Under the pieces are notes generated by a model that saw only the letters and a program-made list of their open reading frames with translations, searched no databases and was not told where the DNA came from. DNA of 64,000 nucleotides from Clostridia bacterium (GTDB taxonomy: Bacteria; Bacillota; Clostridia; Oscillospirales; CAG-272). Of the stretch, positions 1 through 8,911 are shown piece by piece. How positions within the stretch are numbered: the stretch's first letter is position 1; each line of letters begins with the position of its first letter. The stretch covers positions 3,530 to 67,529 of the forward strand of contig JAFTKO010000012.1 in the NCBI GenBank assembly GCA_017453205.1, written 5' to 3'. Both the position numbers and the translations under genes were made by a program.

Positions 1-168
1 TAAAATAAATTTAGGAAGCTCCTTTGCGGGGCTTCTTTCGTTGTTCCGCTAAATGTTAAAAGTATGTTAATAATTCGGATTTGCATAGACAAAATGCGCC
101 TTGTATGATATAATATAAACTATCGGAGTAGGATTTTGTCTTTTTTTGCAAATTCCAAGGAGGGAACC

Positions 169-894
169 ATGGCACAGTTTTTTGATTTGCATAGCCATAT
201 GCTTTGCGGAGTGGATGACGGTGCGAAAACCCCCGAGGATATGTTTGCAATGCTGGAGGCGGCATACGAGGATGGAATCCGCGCCATTTGTCTGACGCCG
301 CATTATTCGCCATATCTTTTCGGAGACACCACAAAGTCCTCTGCAAGGTCTTTTGCAATCCTTAAGGATTACGTCTCCCAAAAGCATCCGGATATGCGGA
401 TTTTTCTCGGTCATGAGCTTGGTTATCATCACGGTTGTCTGCAAGCGTTGAACGATGGAACCTGCCGTACTTTGGCGGGGAGCCGATATGTACTGATGGA
501 TTTTCCCGAGTCGGTCGGTTTTTTTGAGTTGCGTGCGGCAGTCGACCAACTGCAACGCGCGGGGTATTTTGTGATCTTGGCACATACCGAGCGTTACAGG
601 TGCCTTTTCAAGGAGCTTCGGTGGATCGAGGAATTTGTGGACGGTGGCGGCGTTGTGCAATTGAACGCGTCATCGGTCAACGGTGCGTGGGGCAAGGGGT
701 GCGAAAAGCAGTGGAAAAAGCTGATCCGCAAGGGATTGGCGCATATTATTTCCACCGATGCGCACAACATGACCACACGTCCGCCGCAGATGTCGGGATG
801 CATGGGTTTTTTGCAAAAGCATTGTGACGCGCAAACCGTCAGACATTTGACTTGGGATAACGCATGCCGCGTGATCCGAGACGAGATCCTTTAG
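169..894 (+). CDS. cpsB: PHP-family tyrosine-protein phosphatase (CpsB/CapC/YwqE)
   Basis: DLHSHMLCGVDDG, TPH, ILAHTERY and STDAHN metal-binding motifs; ATG at 169 after RBS aaggaggg. Confidence 0.92.
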   Translation: MAQFFDLHSHMLCGVDDGAKTPEDMFAMLEAAYEDGIRAICLTPHYSPYLFGDTTKSSARSFAILKDYVSQKHPDMRIFLGHELGYHHGCLQALNDGTCRTLAGSRYVLMDFPESVGFFELRAAVDQLQRAGYFVILAHTERYRCLFKELRWIEEFVDGGGVVQLNASSVNGAWGKGCEKQWKKLIRKGLAHIISTDAHNMTTRPPQMSGCMGFLQKHCDAQTVRHLTWDNACRVIRDEIL

Positions 895-955
895 AAAGAT
901 CTTTAAAATCAAAGCCTTGCCTTACGCAAGACGGTGAAAGAAAGGATATGTACTT

Positions 956-1729
956 ATGGAAGAAGAAAGCAAACAAGTGGAAATCAGCCTGTCCGACCTA
1001 TGGTCGATCTTCAAGCGCTGTTGGTGGGTAATGCTGATCGTTGCGGTTGCTGTAATGATATTGGTTTATACCGTATTGAATGTAACGCATCAAGACGAAT
1101 ATACCGCTACCGTGACCATTTGGGCAATGCGTATGCCGGAGGGACAGAATGTATCCACCTCGGACGTCTCTATTGCTACCTACTTGATCAACGACTACAA
1201 GCTCTTGATCAAGAGCGAAGAGATCATGGATAAGGTCATCAACGCGCAAAATCTTTCGCTCACCACCTCCGAGCTCTCTCAGCTGGTTTCGGTGACGAAC
1301 GAGTCGAGCACGCGTGTCATGTATCTTTCGGTGACCACAGCTTCGCCCAAGTCCGCACAATCCATTGCAAACACCTGGGGCAACATTTTCTGTGACCACA
1401 TCAACTCCACCATGGGCGGCGAGCCGATGGTCGAGCTTTGGGCAGAGGCACGTGAGCCGCAAAGACCTTCTAACCCTATTTCCCTTATGATGATTCTTTT
1501 GATCTCATTTGTTGGCGCGGTGGTGGTTTACGGTGTTAACTTCATCCGTTTCATTCTTGATGACAAGGTCAACACGCCCGAGGATGTGGAAAAATATTTG
1601 GGGCTCAATGTTTTGGGATCGATCCCCGATAAAAACAGTCTGCGCCGCAGAAGATCCAAGGATGCATATTACTACGGCTACGGCTCCAATTACGGTTACG
1701 GTCAGAATTTGGGGAACAGTAATCAATAA
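956..1729 (+). CDS. cpsC: Polysaccharide chain-length regulator / BY-kinase modulator (Wzz/CpsC/CapA)
   Basis: EISLSDLW N-terminus, two TM segments, DDKVNTPEDVEKYLGLNVLGSIP signature; between phosphatase and kinase. Confidence 0.9.
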   Translation: MEEESKQVEISLSDLWSIFKRCWWVMLIVAVAVMILVYTVLNVTHQDEYTATVTIWAMRMPEGQNVSTSDVSIATYLINDYKLLIKSEEIMDKVINAQNLSLTTSELSQLVSVTNESSTRVMYLSVTTASPKSAQSIANTWGNIFCDHINSTMGGEPMVELWAEAREPQRPSNPISLMMILLISFVGAVVVYGVNFIRFILDDKVNTPEDVEKYLGLNVLGSIPDKNSLRRRRSKDAYYYGYGSNYGYGQNLGNSNQ

Positions 1730-1744
1730 GGAACGGGGATAACA

Positions 1745-2572
1745 ATGAAAAAGATTGAACTGATTATCGAAGAACAACAGAACTATTTTATGCGTGAGGC
1801 GTTTAACACCCTGCGTACCAATATCCTGTTTTCCGGAAAGGATGTCAAAACCATTGTCATCACCAGTTGCATGGCACATGAGGGAAAGACTACGGTTTCC
1901 TTTGAAACTGCCCGCAATTTGGCGGAAAGCGGTAAAAAAGTATTGCTTCTTGACGCCGATTTGCGTAAGTCGGTGATGGTATCCAGATATACCAAGGTCC
2001 GCGGCATTGTCGGACTTTCTCAAGTGCTTTCCGGTCAGGTTGATGTCAATGACGCGATTTGTAAAACGCAGGTTGAGGGACTTGATATTATATTTGCGGG
2101 TCCGTACCCGCCCAACCCCACCGAGCTTGTCGGAAGTCCCGCTTTTAAGGCGCTTTTGAAAGAAAAGCGCGATATTTACGATTATATTTTGATCGATGCG
2201 GCACCGCTTGGACTGGTCATTGATGCCGCGGTGATGTCAAGCGTTTGCGACGGTGCGATCCTCGTACTCAACGCGGGAACCATTAAATACCGTTTTGCAC
2301 AAACCGTCAAACAACAGCTTCAAAAGAGCGGTTGTAAGATCCTTGGTGTGGTGCTCAATCAGGTCAACTATAAGACATCCACAAGCAAATCGTATTATGT
2401 GCAGTATGCGCCCAAATATGAGAGCTACTATGAGGGACAGCCGCAAATGCAGGCGCAAAGACCCACTGCAACAACGCGTCCCGTGTCTGCCGGAACCGCA
2501 ACACAGGGTACCCAGCAACAGGTGCGTCGTCCGCAGCAAACGCCTGCGGCAAAGCCGAAGGATCCCGATTAA
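1745..2572 (+). CDS. cpsD: BY tyrosine-protein kinase (CpsD/CapB)
   Basis: EAFNTLRTNI, Walker A HEGKTT, LLLDADLRK, ILIDAAP, C-terminal Tyr cluster. Confidence 0.93.
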   Translation: MKKIELIIEEQQNYFMREAFNTLRTNILFSGKDVKTIVITSCMAHEGKTTVSFETARNLAESGKKVLLLDADLRKSVMVSRYTKVRGIVGLSQVLSGQVDVNDAICKTQVEGLDIIFAGPYPPNPTELVGSPAFKALLKEKRDIYDYILIDAAPLGLVIDAAVMSSVCDGAILVLNAGTIKYRFAQTVKQQLQKSGCKILGVVLNQVNYKTSTSKSYYVQYAPKYESYYEGQPQMQAQRPTATTRPVSAGTATQGTQQQVRRPQQTPAAKPKDPD

Positions 2573-2644
2573 TAAGCTTTCAACAAAGAACATCGCCATC
2601 TTCGCGGTGTTCTTTTTCATTTGTTATGATTTTTATATCCGTAT

Positions 2645-2673
2645 TGACATCTTAATAAAAATATGGTATAATA
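2645..2673 (+). promoter_or_regulatory. Sigma-A promoter upstream of XRE membrane regulator
   Basis: TTGACA-17 bp-TATAAT with TG extension (ttgacatcttaataaaaatatggtataat). Confidence 0.8.
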
Positions 2674-2844
2674 AACCTTGTATAACAGTTTGGTTTATTC
2701 GCGTACCGTTTTTGAAAGGAAGTTGCCTATGCTTTATCACCACGTCGAGGTGTTGAACGTCAAAACACCGGTTGATTTTGATTGCGTATTGCAATGGGGG
2801 ATTTCGCCAATAAGGCAGTACTTTGTAAAAAAGGAGGGTGTGAT

Positions 2845-3432
2845 TTGGAACAAAATTTAGAGCAGACCGTTGCCGCCAATCTTGCTGAGCTTCGTCGGGC
2901 AAAAAGCTGGACGCAAGCCGAGCTGGCGGAAAAGATCAATTATTCGGATAAATCGGTTTCCAAATGGGAACGCGGCGAGGGCTTGCCCGACCTCAAGGTG
3001 CTGATGCAGCTTGCTGAGTTGTTTGGTGTGACGCTGGATTGCTTTGTCACCGAGGGTGGCGCGGAACAGAAGCTGCAGAGCGAACCGCCGCGAAAACAGC
3101 GTGTCGGCTTTCGCGTGGTAATGGAGCTGTTGGCGGTCTCCATTGTATTTTTGATCGCAACCGTGATCTATGTTGCCGCTGCAACCTCCTTTGGGCAAAA
3201 TTTTTGGACCTGTTTTATTTGGGCGTTGCCCGCGTCATTTTTGCTTTTGACCTTGTTTAACGCACATTGGAAGTACCGCGTTTGCGTAATCGTGTTTGCT
3301 TCGATCTTTGCGTGGACGTTGCTCACGGCGGTCTATTTGCAGTTGCTCACATACAACATTTGGATACTGTTCCTCATCGGGATCCCCGCGCAGGCGGCAA
3401 TCATTCTTGGGGCACAGGTGCGAAAAAAATAG
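2845..3432 (+). CDS. XRE-family HTH regulator with C-terminal transmembrane domain
   Basis: LRRAKSWTQAELAEKINYSDKSVSKWERG HTH then about four hydrophobic helices; TTG start after aaggagg. Confidence 0.85.
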   Translation: MEQNLEQTVAANLAELRRAKSWTQAELAEKINYSDKSVSKWERGEGLPDLKVLMQLAELFGVTLDCFVTEGGAEQKLQSEPPRKQRVGFRVVMELLAVSIVFLIATVIYVAAATSFGQNFWTCFIWALPASFLLLTLFNAHWKYRVCVIVFASIFAWTLLTAVYLQLLTYNIWILFLIGIPAQAAIILGAQVRKK

Positions 3433-3456
3433 AAGAATATCGGAGGTGACACCGTT

Positions 3457-4377
3457 ATGAATATTTTGCATATGAAATATGCGGTTGAGGTTGCAAAGCT
3501 CGGTTCGCTGAACAAAGCGGCAGAGACCTTGCTGATCGCTCAGCCGAATATCAGCCGCTCGATCAAGGAGCTGGAAGCCGACCTCGGTATCACTATTTTT
3601 AACCGTTCTGCCAAAGGAATGGTAATGACTCCCGAGGGCGAGGAGTTTATCGGTTACGCGCAGGAGATATTAAAGCAGATCGATCAAGTGGAAATGATCT
3701 ACAAAAAGGGAACCCCCAAAAAGCAGAAGTTTTCGATTTCCGTACCGCGTGCTTGCTATATTTCCGCGGCGTTTGCGGAGTTTTCCAAGTGCTTGAATGC
3801 GGACCCGGCGGAGGTCTTTTATAAGGAGACCAACTCTCAGCGGACGATCCACAACGTATTGAACAGCGATTACAAGCTGGGCATTATCCGTTATGCCGAA
3901 AACTATGACAGATACTTTAAACTGATGCTGGAGGAAAAAGGGCTCTGCTATGAAATGGTTGCCGAGTTCTCCTATGTGCTGATCATGAGCCGCAAGCACC
4001 CGCTGGCAGAGAAAAAAGAGATCACCTTTGACGATCTTCCGCCTTATATCGAGATTGCGCATGCCGACCCGTATGTGCCGTCCCTGCCGCTTGCCAAGGT
4101 GGTAAAGGAGGAGCTGCCCGACAACATTGACCGCCGTATTTTCATTTTTGAGCGTGCAAGTCAGTTCGATCTGCTTTCCGAAAACCCCGAGACCTTTATG
4201 TGGGTGTCTCCCGCCTCGCAAAAGGTGTTGGATCGCTATGATTTGGTTCAAAGAAAGTGCGTGGACAATAAAAAGGTGTATAAGGATGTTTTGATCTACC
4301 GAGAGGGGTATAAGCTTACCAAGCTGGACAAGCAGTTTATCACCGACCTTTGCGAGTCCAAGCGCAAACATTTATAA
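3457..4377 (+). CDS. LysR-family transcriptional regulator
   Basis: GSLNKAAETLLIAQPNISRSIKELEADLGITIFNRS LysR HTH, 306 aa, RBS ggagg. Confidence 0.95.
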   Translation: MNILHMKYAVEVAKLGSLNKAAETLLIAQPNISRSIKELEADLGITIFNRSAKGMVMTPEGEEFIGYAQEILKQIDQVEMIYKKGTPKKQKFSISVPRACYISAAFAEFSKCLNADPAEVFYKETNSQRTIHNVLNSDYKLGIIRYAENYDRYFKLMLEEKGLCYEMVAEFSYVLIMSRKHPLAEKKEITFDDLPPYIEIAHADPYVPSLPLAKVVKEELPDNIDRRIFIFERASQFDLLSENPETFMWVSPASQKVLDRYDLVQRKCVDNKKVYKDVLIYREGYKLTKLDKQFITDLCESKRKHL

Positions 4378-4380
4378 ATA

Positions 4381-4419
4381 AAAACAGGCTGTCCCATACG
4401 CATGCGGACAGCCTGTTTT
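4381..4419. terminator. Intrinsic terminator after lysR
   Basis: aaaacaggctgtcc...ggacagcctgtttt hairpin. Confidence 0.85.
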
Positions 4420-4508
4420 CGGATGTATCGGGGTTGGTTGTGGCGGGAGGCTTAGGGAAGATGCGTTGGGGTTATGCACGGTGTGTATCACAATTTATTT
4501 TTCAACAT

Positions 4509-4576
4509 TATATCAGCCGTGATAAAACCGATATACTTTTTTAATTATTCCCAAAAGTCCGATTTTGTGCTAATAT
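4509..4576 (+). promoter_or_regulatory. Promoter P1 with upstream TATATC-N15-GATATA dyad (putative LysR site)
   Basis: Dyad 4509-4535, -35 TTCCCA 4548-4553, TG-n-TAATAT -10 at 4571-4576. Confidence 0.6.
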
Positions 4577-4582
4577 ATAAAT

Positions 4583-4706
4583 GTCAACCGTACAGTTGTA
4601 TTCATCCATGGCGATCAATCCGTGAACTCCTGACATCGGAGAGGTCTGCTTGGAAATACAGCCAAAAAGGAAGGTCGCTCACCCGGAACAGGCGATCTTC
4701 CTTTTT
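4583..4706 (+). ncRNA. Putative small RNA or attenuator leader upstream of adhE
   Basis: Follows promoter P1; long imperfect stem 4595-4662; terminator hairpin 4669-4701 plus T-run; no convincing ORF. Confidence 0.5.
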
Positions 4707-4716
4707 GTTTTGCCGT

Positions 4717-4784
4717 TATATCGATTGATATAACCCCGATATAACAAATTGATTATTCACAAGCCGAGAAAAGTATGTTAAAAT
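4717..4784 (+). promoter_or_regulatory. adhE operon promoter P2 with TATATC-N15-GATATA dyad
   Basis: Dyad 4717-4743, -35 TTCACA 4756-4761, TG-n-TAAAAT -10 at 4779-4784. Confidence 0.65.
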
Positions 4785-4792
4785 ATTAACAA
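4775..4792. promoter_or_regulatory. Rex (redox-sensing repressor) operator
   Basis: ATGTTAA-AATA-TTAACAA, one mismatch to clostridial consensus TTGTTAA-N4-TTAACAA; overlaps -10 of adhE, a classic Rex target. Confidence 0.75.
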
Positions 4793-4835
4793 AGTCAAGA
4801 ACCTATTGTGGAAATAAATTTTAGGAGGACATAAA

Positions 4836-7538
4836 ATGGAACCCAAAACTTATGAGATTGTTGACAGCGTGGAGAAGCTGCAGGAAGCAATTACACGCAC
4901 AAGAGCCGCGCAGCGCATCTTTGCAACCTATACCCAAGAGCAGGTTGACAAGATCTTTCTTGCCGCCGCATCTGCAGCCGACAAGGCGCGTATCACACTC
5001 GCAAAATTGGCTGTGGAAGAAACCGGTATGGGAATTGTAGAGGACAAGGTGATTAAAAATCACTATGCCTCCGAGTACATCTACAACGCCTACAAGAACA
5101 CCAAGACCTGCGGTGTCATCGAAGAGGATACCGCTTACGGCACCAAAAAAATTGCCGAGCCTATCGGTGTGGTTGCCGCAGTCATTCCCACCACCAACCC
5201 GACCTCTACCGCGATCTTTAAGTGCCTTTTGGCGCTCAAAACGCGGAACGCCATTATTATTTCTCCTCACCCCCGCGCAAAGAACTCCACCATTGCCGCC
5301 GCAAAGCTGGTTTTGGAAGCCGCAGTGGCAGCAGGCGCTCCCGAGGGCATCATTGATTGGATCGACGTCCCCTCGCTGGAAATGACCAACACCGTTATGA
5401 AAGAGGCCGATATCATCCTTGCAACGGGAGGTCCCGGCATGGTCAAGGCCGCTTACTCCAGCGGTAAGCCTGCACTGGGCGTTGGCGCGGGTAACACCCC
5501 CGCCATCATCGACGATACTGCGGATATCCTTCTTGCGGTCAACTCCATCATCCACTCCAAGACCTTTGACAACGGTATGATCTGTGCTTCCGAGCAGTCG
5601 GTCATCGTGCTTGAAAATATTTACGAGGCGGTCAAAAACGAGTTTGCCGCAAGAGGCTGTTATTTCCTAAATCCCGACGAGACCGAAAAGGTGAGAAAGA
5701 CCATCATTATTAACGGTGCGCTTAATGCCAAGATCGTCGGTCAAAGAGCCGCCAAGATCGCAGAGCTTTCGGGCGTTACCGTTCCCGCGGGAACCAAGAT
5801 CCTCATCGGCGAGGTTGAGAGCGTAGAGCTTTCCGAGGAGTTTGCACACGAAAAGCTTTCTCCCGTTCTGGCAATGTACAAGGCAACCGACTTTGAGGAC
5901 GCACTGGGCAAGGCAGAGCATCTGGTTGCGGACGGCGGCTACGGTCACACTTCTTCCGTTTATTTAAATGAAGTGACCGAAAAAGAAAAGCTCAGCGCAT
6001 TTGCCGCACGTATGAAAACCTGCCGTATCTTGGTCAACACACCTTCCTCCCACGGCGGTATCGGTGACCTTTACAACTTTAAGCTGGCTCCGTCTCTGAC
6101 ACTGGGTTGCGGCTCTTGGGGCGGCAACAGCGTCAGCGAAAATGTTGGTGTCAAGCACCTGCTCAATATCAAAACCGTAGCCGAGAGGAGAGAAAACATG
6201 CTTTGGTTCCGCACCCCCGAAAAGGTATACATCAAAAAAGGCTGTCTGCCCGTGGCTCTTGACGAGCTGAGAAGCGTTCGCAACGCGAAAAAGGCATTTA
6301 TCGTAACCGATAGCTTCCTGTATCAAAACGGCTACACCAAGCCCATCACCGACAAGCTTGACGAAATGGGCATCACGCACACCACGTTCTTTCATGTTGC
6401 CCCCGATCCCACGCTGGGTTGTGCAAAAGAGGGCGCCGCACAGATGCGCGCCTTTGAGCCCGATACCATCATCGCACTCGGCGGCGGTTCCGCAATGGAC
6501 GCGGCAAAGATCATGTGGGTGATGTATGAGCATCCCGAGGCTGACTTTATGGATATGGCAATGCGCTTTATCGATATCCGTAAGAGAGTTTATACTTTCC
6601 CCAAGATGGGCGAAAAGGCATACTTCATCGCTATCCCCACCTCCGCAGGTACCGGCTCCGAGGTCACGCCTTTCGCGGTTATCACCGATGAAAACAGCGG
6701 TGTGAAGTATCCTTTGGCTGACTATGAGCTGCTCCCCAACATGGCAATTATCGATACTGATTTCCACATGTCGGCACCTCGCGGATTGACCGCTGCATCG
6801 GGTATTGACGCGGTGACGCACGCACTTGAGGCTTATGCTTCGGTCATGGCAACCGATTATACCGATGGCCTTGCACTCCGCGCCCTCAAGGTGATTTTTG
6901 AGTACCTTCCCAGAGCTTACGATAACGGGCTGACCGATGTCGAAGCACGCGAAAAAATGGCAAACGCCGCTACTATGGCGGGTATGGCATTCGCAAATGC
7001 CTTCCTCGGTGTCTGCCACTCCATGGCACACAAGCTGGGTGCGTTCCACCACCTGCCTCACGGCGTGGCAAACGCACTGATGATCGAGGAGGTTCTCCGC
7101 TTCAACGCGGCAGAGGCTCCTGTTAAGATGGGTACCTTCTCCCAGTATGATCATCCTCACACCCTTGCCCGTTACGCAGAGGTTGCAGATTGCCTCGGTA
7201 TCAAGGGCGAGAATGACACCGAAAAGCTTGAGGGCTTGATCAAAGCCATCAACGATCTCAAGGCAAAGGTTGGCATCAAGGAGACTATCAAGGATTACAG
7301 CATTGACGAAAAGGTATTCCTTGAGAATCTTGACGAAATGGTCGAGCAGGCATTTGATGACCAGTGCACAGGTGCCAACCCGCGTTATCCTCTGATGAGT
7401 GAGATCAAGCAGATGTATCTCAACGCTTACTACGGTAAGCACTTTGTCGAGCCGGATATGCCCAACGCCGATGATATTTCCGAGGGCTTCCGTGCCGACG
7501 AGATCAAGACCGTATACCGCAAGGGTAAAAAGGCATAA
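4836..7538 (+). CDS. adhE: Bifunctional acetaldehyde-CoA/alcohol dehydrogenase
   Basis: PTTNPTST, FDNGMICASEQ, TLGCGSWGGNS linker, GGGSAMDAAK, HSMAHKLG; 900 aa. Confidence 0.98.
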   Translation: MEPKTYEIVDSVEKLQEAITRTRAAQRIFATYTQEQVDKIFLAAASAADKARITLAKLAVEETGMGIVEDKVIKNHYASEYIYNAYKNTKTCGVIEEDTAYGTKKIAEPIGVVAAVIPTTNPTSTAIFKCLLALKTRNAIIISPHPRAKNSTIAAAKLVLEAAVAAGAPEGIIDWIDVPSLEMTNTVMKEADIILATGGPGMVKAAYSSGKPALGVGAGNTPAIIDDTADILLAVNSIIHSKTFDNGMICASEQSVIVLENIYEAVKNEFAARGCYFLNPDETEKVRKTIIINGALNAKIVGQRAAKIAELSGVTVPAGTKILIGEVESVELSEEFAHEKLSPVLAMYKATDFEDALGKAEHLVADGGYGHTSSVYLNEVTEKEKLSAFAARMKTCRILVNTPSSHGGIGDLYNFKLAPSLTLGCGSWGGNSVSENVGVKHLLNIKTVAERRENMLWFRTPEKVYIKKGCLPVALDELRSVRNAKKAFIVTDSFLYQNGYTKPITDKLDEMGITHTTFFHVAPDPTLGCAKEGAAQMRAFEPDTIIALGGGSAMDAAKIMWVMYEHPEADFMDMAMRFIDIRKRVYTFPKMGEKAYFIAIPTSAGTGSEVTPFAVITDENSGVKYPLADYELLPNMAIIDTDFHMSAPRGLTAASGIDAVTHALEAYASVMATDYTDGLALRALKVIFEYLPRAYDNGLTDVEAREKMANAATMAGMAFANAFLGVCHSMAHKLGAFHHLPHGVANALMIEEVLRFNAAEAPVKMGTFSQYDHPHTLARYAEVADCLGIKGENDTEKLEGLIKAINDLKAKVGIKETIKDYSIDEKVFLENLDEMVEQAFDDQCTGANPRYPLMSEIKQMYLNAYYGKHFVEPDMPNADDISEGFRADEIKTVYRKGKKA

Positions 7539-7559
7539 CAGATAAGGGAGGATAAAATC

Positions 7560-8309
7560 ATGAAACTTGACAGAGTGATTGCAGTAAGAAACAATAAGAC
7601 CATCTACCGTGACGGCGACAAGTGCATTAAGGTGTTCAACGCCGAGTACTCCAAAGCGGACGTTTTAAACGAGGCACTGAACCAAGCGAGAATCGAAGAG
7701 ACCGGACTGAACATCCCCAAAATTTTTGAGGTGACCATGGTCGACGGCAAGTGGGCGATCGTGTCCGAATACATCAAGGGCAAAACCTTGGCACAGCTGA
7801 TGCAAGAAGATCCCGAAAAGAAGGACGAATATCTGGAGCTTTTGGTGGATCTGCAGTTGACCGTACATTCCAAGACCAGCCCGCTGTTGGGTAAGTTGAA
7901 GGACAAAATGAACCGTAAGATCAGCATGTCCGAGCTTGATGCAACCACCCGTTACGATCTGCATACCCGTTTGGAGGGTATGCCTAAGCACAACAAGGTC
8001 TGCCACGGCGACTTTAACCCCTCAAACATCATCATTGCCGAGGATGGCACCCCATACATCCTTGACTGGTCGCACGCAACGCAAGGCAATGCCTCCGCGG
8101 ACGTGGCGAGAACCTATCTGCTGTTCTGGCTCAACGGTGACATCGACGGTGCCAAAAAGTATCTCGATCTGTTCTGTGCAAAGAGCAACACTGCAAAGCA
8201 ATATGTGCAAAAGTGGATGCCCATTGTTGCCGCTTCTCAGTCGGTCAAGGGCAACGAAAAGGAGCGCGAGTTCCTGCTCTCCTGGGTCAGCGTTGTTGAT
8301 TACGAATAA
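7560..8309 (+). CDS. APH/choline-kinase-fold phosphotransferase (putative Ser/Thr kinase of the HydS cluster)
   Basis: CHGDFNPSN catalytic loop and ILDW motif; in operon with PP2C phosphatase and sensory hydrogenase. Confidence 0.8.
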   Translation: MKLDRVIAVRNNKTIYRDGDKCIKVFNAEYSKADVLNEALNQARIEETGLNIPKIFEVTMVDGKWAIVSEYIKGKTLAQLMQEDPEKKDEYLELLVDLQLTVHSKTSPLLGKLKDKMNRKISMSELDATTRYDLHTRLEGMPKHNKVCHGDFNPSNIIIAEDGTPYILDWSHATQGNASADVARTYLLFWLNGDIDGAKKYLDLFCAKSNTAKQYVQKWMPIVAASQSVKGNEKEREFLLSWVSVVDYE

Positions 8310-8390
8310 TGAAATGATGCGGGCTAAGCCCGCATCGGAATGTACCGAAACGAGCGAGTTTTTAATATTACCGTGAAAGGAAAAATAAAC

Positions 8391-8630
8391 ATGAAAATTA
8401 CAGTTTGTATCGGCAGCTCTTGTCATATCAAGGGCTCCCGTCAAGTCGTTGAGCAGCTCCAATATCTCATCTCCAAAAACAACCTTGGCGACAAGGTAGA
8501 GCTTGGCGGAACCTTTTGTATGGGCAAATGTCAGCAGGGCGTTTGTGTCACGGTGGATGACGGCTTTCATTCCGTAACGCCCGATACCGTGGACAGCTTT
8601 TTTGCGCAGGAAGTTCTTGCCAAGGTATAA
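8391..8630 (+). CDS. Thioredoxin-like [2Fe-2S] ferredoxin (NuoE/HfsA-like), copy 1
   Basis: VCIGSSCHIKG...FCMGKC; ATG at 8391 after aaagga. Confidence 0.88.
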   Translation: MKITVCIGSSCHIKGSRQVVEQLQYLISKNNLGDKVELGGTFCMGKCQQGVCVTVDDGFHSVTPDTVDSFFAQEVLAKV

Positions 8631-8642
8631 AAGGGGACGTTT

Positions 8643-8906
8643 ATGCTGATCGTTCAGGTCTGTGTTGGCAGTTCCTGCCATCTGAAAGGCTCGGCAGAGA
8701 TCGTTGAGCTTTTACAAAAAGCCGTGGAAGAACATCACATCGAGGACGAGGTCACACTTGCCGGCAGCTTTTGTATCGGCAAGTGTAATCGCGTTGGAGT
8801 AACGATACAGGTTGAGGATGATGTTCACGTCGGTATTACCCGTGATAATTTCAGAGAATTTTTTAACAAAAACATCTTAAACGTAATCCAAGCCGAAAGG
8901 AAGTGA
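8643..8906 (+). CDS. Thioredoxin-like [2Fe-2S] ferredoxin (HfsA-like), copy 2
   Basis: VCVGSSCHLKG...FCIGKC. Confidence 0.88.
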   Translation: MLIVQVCVGSSCHLKGSAEIVELLQKAVEEHHIEDEVTLAGSFCIGKCNRVGVTIQVEDDVHVGITRDNFREFFNKNILNVIQAERK

Positions 8907-8911
8907 CGCAT

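Noticed and set aside
4595-4665. Similarity of aatccgtgaac to SRP RNA, or a ZTP/fluoride riboswitch upstream of adhE
   Set aside because: Lacks the SRP domain IV CAGG-CCGGAAGG-AGCAG motif and the conserved ZTP and fluoride aptamer cores.
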